Shown: positions 35,208-40,921 of the stretch, one piece after another
Layout: every line of letters begins with the position of its first letter
How positions within the stretch are numbered: the stretch's first letter is position 1
Virus genome (UHGV): UHGV-0093931
Strand: one strand, 5' to 3'
Length of the DNA stretch: 40,921 bases
From: a virus
Notes under the pieces: model-generated
Databases searched by the model: none
Seen by the model: the letters and a program-made list of their open reading frames with translations, nothing else
What the model was told of the DNA's origin: nothing
Made by a program: the position numbers and the translations under genes

Positions 35208-38200
35208 ATGGCTAAAGAAAAAGTGTTAAAGGGCCGCAAGGGCGGCAGCTCCAGTTCCAGAACCCCTACCGAACAGCCTGATGATCTGCAATCTGTAGCG
35301 AAAGCCAAAATCCTCGTTGCGCTTGGCGAAGGTGAATTTGCAGGACAATTAACCGGCAAAGATATCTACCTGGACGGAACGGCGCTGGAGAACGCCGATG
35401 GCTCCCAAAACTTCAGCGGCGTGACGTGGGAGTTTCGCGCGGGAACGCAGGCGCAAAAGTATATTCAGGGTATTCCCGGTACCGAAAACGAAATCAGCGT
35501 GGGAACTGAGGTATCAAGCGCCACAGCCTGGACGCGAACGTTTACCAATACGCAGCTTTCGGCAGTTCGCCTGCGTCTGAAATGGCCATCGCTTTTCAAA
35601 CAGGAGGACGACGGTGATCTGGTCGGTTACTCGGTCAATTATGCGATTGACCTGCAGACGGGCGGCGGCGCATGGCAGACGGTACTCAATACCAGCGTGA
35701 CCGGAAAAACAACGTCTGGTTACGAGCGCAGCCACCGTATTGATTTACCGCAGGTTGGAAGCACCTGGACAATCCGCCTGCGTAAGATAACCTCTGACGC
35801 CAACAGCGCGAAGATCGGCGACACGATGACGCTGCAGAGCTTCACTGAGGTGATTGACGCCAAGTTACGCTATCCAAACACAGCGTTACTCTACATCGAA
35901 TTCGATTCCAGCCAGTTTAACGGTTCTATCCCGCAGATCTCCTGCGAGCCCCGCGGTCGTGTTATCCGCGTTCCAGATACCTACGACCCTGAAACCCGTA
36001 TTTATAGCGGTACATGGACCGGTGCGTTTAAGTGGGCATGGACGGATAACCCTGCGTGGATTTTTTACGATCTGGTTGTTTCTGACCGGTTCGGCCTCGG
36101 TCACCGTTTGACTGCCGCTAACATCGATAAATGGACGCTTTATCAGGTTGCCCAGTATTGTGATCAGATGGTGCTAGACGGCAAAGGGGGCAACGGTACC
36201 GAACCACGTTATACCTGCAACGTGTACATTCAGGACCGAAACGACGCTTACACAGTCCTGCGTGATTTTGCTGCTATCTTCCGTGGCATGACCTACTGGG
36301 GCGGTGATCAGATTGTTGCGCTTGCCGATATGCCGAGAGATGTGGATTACGCTTACACCCGCGCTAACGTTATCGACGGACGCTTTACCTATTCCAGCAG
36401 CACGACAAAAACGCGGTATACCACGGCGCTGGTTTCCTGGTCTGATCCGGGTAACGCCTATGCAGATGCGATGGAGCCGGTGTTTGAGCAGCCTCTGGTG
36501 GCCCGGTACGGATTTAATCAGCTGGAAATGACAGCCATCGGCTGTACCAGGCAATCAGAAGCGAACCGAAAGGGGCGCTGGGGTATTCTCACCAACAACA
36601 AGGATCGCGTTGTTTCGTTTGATGTTGGCCTGGACGGAAACATTCCGCAGCCGGGATACATCATCGCCGTGTCAGACGAGCTTCTGTCCGGCAAAGTTAT
36701 GGGCGGCCGCATCAGTGCTGTTAACGGTCGCGTGATTAAACTTGACCGCGTAGCTGATGCAGCAGCAGGCGATCGCCTTATTCTCAATCTTCCCTCCGGT
36801 GCGTCACAGAGCAGGACTATTCAGGCGGTTAACGGGGAATCAGTCACAGTCACCACGGCATACAGTGAGACACCACAGGCCGAAGCTGTATGGGTGGTTG
36901 AGTCAGATGAACTCTACGCCCAGCAGTATCGTGTTGTCAGTGTCTCCGATAACAATGATGGTACCTTCTCGATTACTGGCGCATGGCACGATCCGGATAA
37001 ATATGCCCGTATTGATACCGGAGCCATCATTGACCAGCGGCCGGTGAGTGTGATCCCGCCGGGTAACCAGTCGCCGCCTGCGAACATCGTGATCAGCTCC
37101 TTTTCAGTGGTGCAGCAGAATATTAGCGTCGAAACGATGCGCGTGAGCTGGGACCAGGCGCAGAACGCTATCGCCTATGAAGCGCAATGGCGCCGCAACG
37201 ACGGGAACTGGGTTAACGTGCCGCGCAGCTCCACCACGTCATTTGATGTATCGGGTATTTATGCCGGGCGCTACCTCGTGCGTGTGCGCGCTATTAATGC
37301 CTCTGAAATTTCCTCTGGCTGGGGCTACTCCGAAGAGAAAACGCTGACGGGCAAGGTGGGAAATCCGCCGAAACCTGTCGGCTTTGCGACAACGCCGATC
37401 AACTGGGGGATTCGCCTGAACTGGGGATTCCCGGCTAATACCGGGGACACGCTGAAAACGGAAATTCAGTACACCGCGAACAGTGATTTCTCAAATCCCC
37501 TTTTGTTGTCGGATGTGCCTTATCCGTCTGCCGAATACACCCAACTGGGTTTGAAGGCTGGTCAGGAGTTCTGGTACCGCGCGCAGCTGGTAGACAGAAC
37601 GGGTAATGAATCAGGGTGGACCGACTGGGTTCGTGGTGAATCTAATGCGAATGCTGACGACTACCTGGGCGATATTGCTGATGACTTCCTGACATCTGCC
37701 GACGGTGACCGCCTGACCGGCGACATTGATACCAATCTTGAAGCCGCATTGCAGAACGCGCTGGCCAACCATGCAACCGTGGAACACCAGTGGGCGCAGT
37801 ACGGCGAGGTACGCGCGGATATTCTGGTGGTTAAAACGACCATTGCGCAGGTCGATAAGGCCATGGCTGAAATGTCGACGCAGGTGCAGGCGCAGTTCAA
37901 TGATGTGACTGCTGCGCTGGAAGATAAGCTCACCGCCGTGGTTGATGCGACCGGGGCATCTGCAATTTACACCCTTAAAACCGGAGTTCGAATAAACGGT
38001 GTGATGTATAACGCCGGGATGTCGATCGCGGTGCTGGCCGAAGCGGGTAAGCCAGTGGTCACTCGTGTCGGGTTTAACGCAAACCAGTTCGTCCTGATGA
38101 GTGGCAGCGGTGATACGCAATATTCACCCTTTGCTGTTGTTAATGGTCAGGTGTTTATCAGCGATGCGTTTATTCAGAATGGAAGTATAACAAGCGCCAA

Positions 38201-38384
38201 AATTGCTAACGCCGCAATCAACAATGCGAAAATCTCAGGTTCTATCTGGTCAGAAGGTTACAAAGTTGCAAATCAGGGGGGGTGGTGTCTTTCTAAAGCC
38301 GACAACAATCTTTCCTTTACGGGGCCGGAAGGTCGTGTGCTTGTGCAGATTGGTAAACTAACAGGAGTGGCTCCCAATGTCTGA
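35208..38384 (+). CDS. central tail fibre / host specificity protein J-like
   Basis: 1058-aa ORF in the lambda J position after K and I. Confidence 0.85.
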   Translation: MAKEKVLKGRKGGSSSSRTPTEQPDDLQSVAKAKILVALGEGEFAGQLTGKDIYLDGTALENADGSQNFSGVTWEFRAGTQAQKYIQGIPGTENEISVGTEVSSATAWTRTFTNTQLSAVRLRLKWPSLFKQEDDGDLVGYSVNYAIDLQTGGGAWQTVLNTSVTGKTTSGYERSHRIDLPQVGSTWTIRLRKITSDANSAKIGDTMTLQSFTEVIDAKLRYPNTALLYIEFDSSQFNGSIPQISCEPRGRVIRVPDTYDPETRIYSGTWTGAFKWAWTDNPAWIFYDLVVSDRFGLGHRLTAANIDKWTLYQVAQYCDQMVLDGKGGNGTEPRYTCNVYIQDRNDAYTVLRDFAAIFRGMTYWGGDQIVALADMPRDVDYAYTRANVIDGRFTYSSSTTKTRYTTALVSWSDPGNAYADAMEPVFEQPLVARYGFNQLEMTAIGCTRQSEANRKGRWGILTNNKDRVVSFDVGLDGNIPQPGYIIAVSDELLSGKVMGGRISAVNGRVIKLDRVADAAAGDRLILNLPSGASQSRTIQAVNGESVTVTTAYSETPQAEAVWVVESDELYAQQYRVVSVSDNNDGTFSITGAWHDPDKYARIDTGAIIDQRPVSVIPPGNQSPPANIVISSFSVVQQNISVETMRVSWDQAQNAIAYEAQWRRNDGNWVNVPRSSTTSFDVSGIYAGRYLVRVRAINASEISSGWGYSEEKTLTGKVGNPPKPVGFATTPINWGIRLNWGFPANTGDTLKTEIQYTANSDFSNPLLLSDVPYPSAEYTQLGLKAGQEFWYRAQLVDRTGNESGWTDWVRGESNANADDYLGDIADDFLTSADGDRLTGDIDTNLEAALQNALANHATVEHQWAQYGEVRADILVVKTTIAQVDKAMAEMSTQVQAQFNDVTAALEDKLTAVVDATGASAIYTLKTGVRINGVMYNAGMSIAVLAEAGKPVVTRVGFNANQFVLMSGSGDTQYSPFAVVNGQVFISDAFIQNGSITSAKIANAAINNAKISGSIWSEGYKVANQGGWCLSKADNNLSFTGPEGRVLVQIGKLTGVAPNV

Positions 38385-38694
38385 TTTTGGATTTGCCTCA
38401 TGGGACACTAACGGCGTCCCGAATAACTATGGCATTAAACCTGTAACCGTGGTGGGTATCATCGATCTTGCTTTAGGTCAGAAAACGGGAAGCTACCAGT
38501 TCAGTCTGGAGCCTGGTTTAAAGGTTGGTTTTGCGGTTGGTACTCTGGAGGATAAAGGGACAATAAGTTATACAGACAAAAGAAGCATTATTGCATCTGG
38601 AAACACCATAACAATACAGCCTTCAGGTAGTGATGGGATTAATGATTACCCGGCAGTCAAAGTGCAGTTAATCGTTTTTGCGGAGACTGCGTAG
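38377..38694 (+). CDS. hypothetical tail-associated protein
   Basis: 105-aa ORF whose ATG overlaps the J stop. Confidence 0.55.
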   Translation: MSDFGFASWDTNGVPNNYGIKPVTVVGIIDLALGQKTGSYQFSLEPGLKVGFAVGTLEDKGTISYTDKRSIIASGNTITIQPSGSDGINDYPAVKVQLIVFAETA

Positions 38695-39369
38695 ATGGCT
38701 AAATATGGCGCATTGATTTCATTACCTAACGGGAACCCTTTTATCACGCCTGATTCCACACCAATGACGCTTTACCGGAAAGTCACTGTAAACTCAACTT
38801 TTGGAGGGGATTTTAACAGTGCTTCGGCGTCCGTGACTGTCGACGGTCAGAAGGGAGGGATTGCATTTGCACGAACCAGCGCCCCGGCGAAGATATCAGC
38901 TTCAAAAAGTGGCAACACGTTCAGTGTTGATGCGTCTAATTACAGAGGTTCGGCTTTCGTGCTGGAGGCGTATTTTTTTGCTATATATCCGCTCACCCTT
39001 CCTGCCTGGGGTGTGGCTATATGGGATGCCGAAGGGACACTGGTACTTACGAATGAGTCCCGGGTATTAAGCGACCTTACAACTATAGGCTCACCCGGCG
39101 CTGCAACGGGTGGGCTTAACATCGATACATACATGGCAGGCAAATGGGCCGTAAATCCGATGGGGCTGGGGTCTGTTCTTCTGCATGCTGGTTCAGCACC
39201 TGGCGGACAACCAATAATCCAGCCTGTGGATGTGGGAACGGGGTGCTTCAATGAAGGTGTAGGAACAAGAATAAAAGGACTTTCATCAACAACAGCAAGT
39301 GGTTCTTCAGTCGGAACGACGAATAGCGGGATTGTAATAACGGCGATAAACACAGCCGCATATGATTAA
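38695..39369 (+). CDS. hypothetical tail-associated protein
   Basis: 224-aa ORF contiguous with the previous gene; Gly/Ser/Thr-rich. Confidence 0.55.
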   Translation: MAKYGALISLPNGNPFITPDSTPMTLYRKVTVNSTFGGDFNSASASVTVDGQKGGIAFARTSAPAKISASKSGNTFSVDASNYRGSAFVLEAYFFAIYPLTLPAWGVAIWDAEGTLVLTNESRVLSDLTTIGSPGAATGGLNIDTYMAGKWAVNPMGLGSVLLHAGSAPGGQPIIQPVDVGTGCFNEGVGTRIKGLSSTTASGSSVGTTNSGIVITAINTAAYD

Positions 39370-39477
39370 ACCGATCGATTTAAACGATCAATTTAAGAAT
39401 ATTGATCTATTAAAACTATTTTTATTATTCAATGCCATTGGTTATTTTTTGTTTAAATAATTAACTCTGGTGTCGAA

Positions 39478-39714
39478 ATGAAAAATATAATTATTCCAGT
39501 TATTGCCTGTCTGGTGCTTTCAGCATGTTCAGGACCTGTTCTGGAGAAACAGAAACCTGTTTGTCAGGCTGAGTTAGTGGTTGGTGGGCTGCCCCAGTCA
39601 GTGCAGATTTACGGTGTACGAAAAGTTGCAAATCAGACTGAGTACAGAGCCGGTTATCCATTTAACTGGCGATGGGTGAATAAAAATAACTTCACCCGTT
39701 CGAATTGCTCTTAA
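39478..39714 (+). CDS. small lipoprotein, Cor-like superinfection-exclusion candidate
   Basis: 78 aa; signal peptide with lipobox (...LVLSAC-S); AT-rich upstream region; own intrinsic terminator; located just after J, where cor sits in phi80/N15/HK022-type phages. Confidence 0.5.
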   Translation: MKNIIIPVIACLVLSACSGPVLEKQKPVCQAELVVGGLPQSVQIYGVRKVANQTEYRAGYPFNWRWVNKNNFTRSNCS

Positions 39715-39730
39715 TGCCTTACCAAAAAAC

Positions 39731-39755
39731 AACCCGCTCCGGCGGGTTTTTTATT
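39731..39755 (+). terminator. intrinsic terminator
   Basis: AACCCGC-tccg-GCGGGTT followed by TTTTTATT. Confidence 0.75.
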
Positions 39756-39776
39756 ATCTGAATTCAGGAGATATCC

Positions 39777-40871
39777 ATGTCAGCAGGAACCTTAACCCTG
39801 ACGAATAACTCTGCTGCGGTCGCTGGCAGCGGGACCGCGTTTACCACCGAGGTGGCAGCCGGAGATTTTATTGTTGTTACTGTCGGTGGCATTCCCTACA
39901 CGCTCCCGGTTAAATCTGTGGAAAGTGGTACAGCGTTGACGCTGGTCAGTAACTTTACCGGGCCAACACAATCTGGCGCGGCCTGGTCAGCTGTTCCTCG
40001 TGTGGCGCTGAATATGGTCACCGCGGCGCTGGTGGCGCAAAGTGCTGAAGCGCTGCGAGGCCTGAATTACGACAAACAGAACTGGCAGCAGGTTTACAGT
40101 GGTGCTGGCAGCATCACCGTGAAGTTACCGGATGGCACTACATTCACCGGGCCGTCATGGAAATATCTTTCTGACAACCTCGCGGATAAAGTAGACAGCA
40201 AAGATCCCCAACTAGGTACTGTGAATGGGAAAACAGGCGGAACCATTGCCACCCCAGTTTATAGCGTTGGAGCTAGTGGGGTAGTAACTCAGGACTCAAG
40301 TTATGGTGAGTGGTCATTTCTTTATCCATCCACTTTAAAAAAGATGGCCTACGGATTTTGTGAGAATTTTGGTGATCTGGTTTTTGTAACTACCGTTGCA
40401 ACAAATACCGGGACAGAAAAATATTTTGCTATGCGTCAGAACGGTAATTTCAATACACAAGGAAATATTACCTGCGTCTCGCTGAACCAGACTTCAGATG
40501 CCGATAAAAAAAACGACATAAAACCCATTGAAGACGCACTTGGTAAAGTGATGGCTCTAAACGGTGTAACCTTCAACTGGAAGGACAGCGGCCTGCCATC
40601 TTCCGGTGTGATTGCCCAGGAGCTTATAAAAGTCCTGCCGGAGGCTGTCGGATCAGTCTTTGAAGATCATGATCAGTATGAGTCTGTTGAAGAAATCAAT
40701 GCGGGCGGCGAGACGACAATCACCCGTCATCTTGTTAAAAAACGAGATGACAGCAAGCGTAGCTATACGGTGGAATATTCTGGCGTCGTTGCACTCTGTC
40801 TTCAGGCAATAAAAGAATTGAATGAAAAAGTAGACAGTTTGCTGGAACAGTCATCTGCCGTTAAAAATTGA
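39777..40871 (+). CDS. side tail fibre protein with C-terminal intramolecular-chaperone (peptidase S74-like) domain
   Basis: 364 aa; Ala/Gly/Thr-rich N-terminus; C-terminus (...IEDALGKVMALNGVTFNWKD...GVIAQELIKVLPEAV...ELNEKVDSLLEQ) resembles the autoproteolytic chaperone domain of tail fibres/spikes. Confidence 0.7.
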   Translation: MSAGTLTLTNNSAAVAGSGTAFTTEVAAGDFIVVTVGGIPYTLPVKSVESGTALTLVSNFTGPTQSGAAWSAVPRVALNMVTAALVAQSAEALRGLNYDKQNWQQVYSGAGSITVKLPDGTTFTGPSWKYLSDNLADKVDSKDPQLGTVNGKTGGTIATPVYSVGASGVVTQDSSYGEWSFLYPSTLKKMAYGFCENFGDLVFVTTVATNTGTEKYFAMRQNGNFNTQGNITCVSLNQTSDADKKNDIKPIEDALGKVMALNGVTFNWKDSGLPSSGVIAQELIKVLPEAVGSVFEDHDQYESVEEINAGGETTITRHLVKKRDDSKRSYTVEYSGVVALCLQAIKELNEKVDSLLEQSSAVKN

Positions 40872-40921
40872 TAGTTGCCGCAACCACACCGTATGCAAGA
40901 GCATGATTGCGGCCGACTGGC

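Overview
This window is almost entirely one lambdoid siphovirus prophage of an enterobacterial host, with an HK97-type head module and a lambda-type tail module. All calls come from reading the supplied six-frame translations and the DNA by eye; no database search or folding program was run. Layout: integrase and excisionase (50-1658, minus strand); a leftward early operon of translationally coupled genes (1697-6109, minus) including an exonuclease, a YfdR-like HD hydrolase and a YfdQ-like gene with an apparent 3' frameshift; a 1.2-kb ORF-free, hairpin-rich region (6110-7300); the immunity region with CI (7382-8008, minus), Cro and a CII-like gene flanked by operator-like palindromes; a rightward early operon (replication initiator with internal iterons, Dam-like and C5 DNA methyltransferases, RusA, Rha-type regulator, DUF968, Q-like antiterminator); a promoter-gene-terminator moron; a lysis cassette (pinholin-like holin, SAR endolysin, Rz with embedded Rz1); an unusual cluster of glycosyltransferase-like genes (18019-20048); then HNH, terminase, portal, protease, capsid, connector, tail genes with a G/GT -1 frameshift, tape measure, M, L, K, a secreted-protein moron, I, J, a Cor-like lipoprotein and a side tail fibre. 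No N-like antiterminator, tRNA, rRNA, CRISPR array or transposase was recognised. The strongest candidates for undescribed biology are the late-region glycosyltransferase cluster and the large structured noncoding region downstream of the putative pL.
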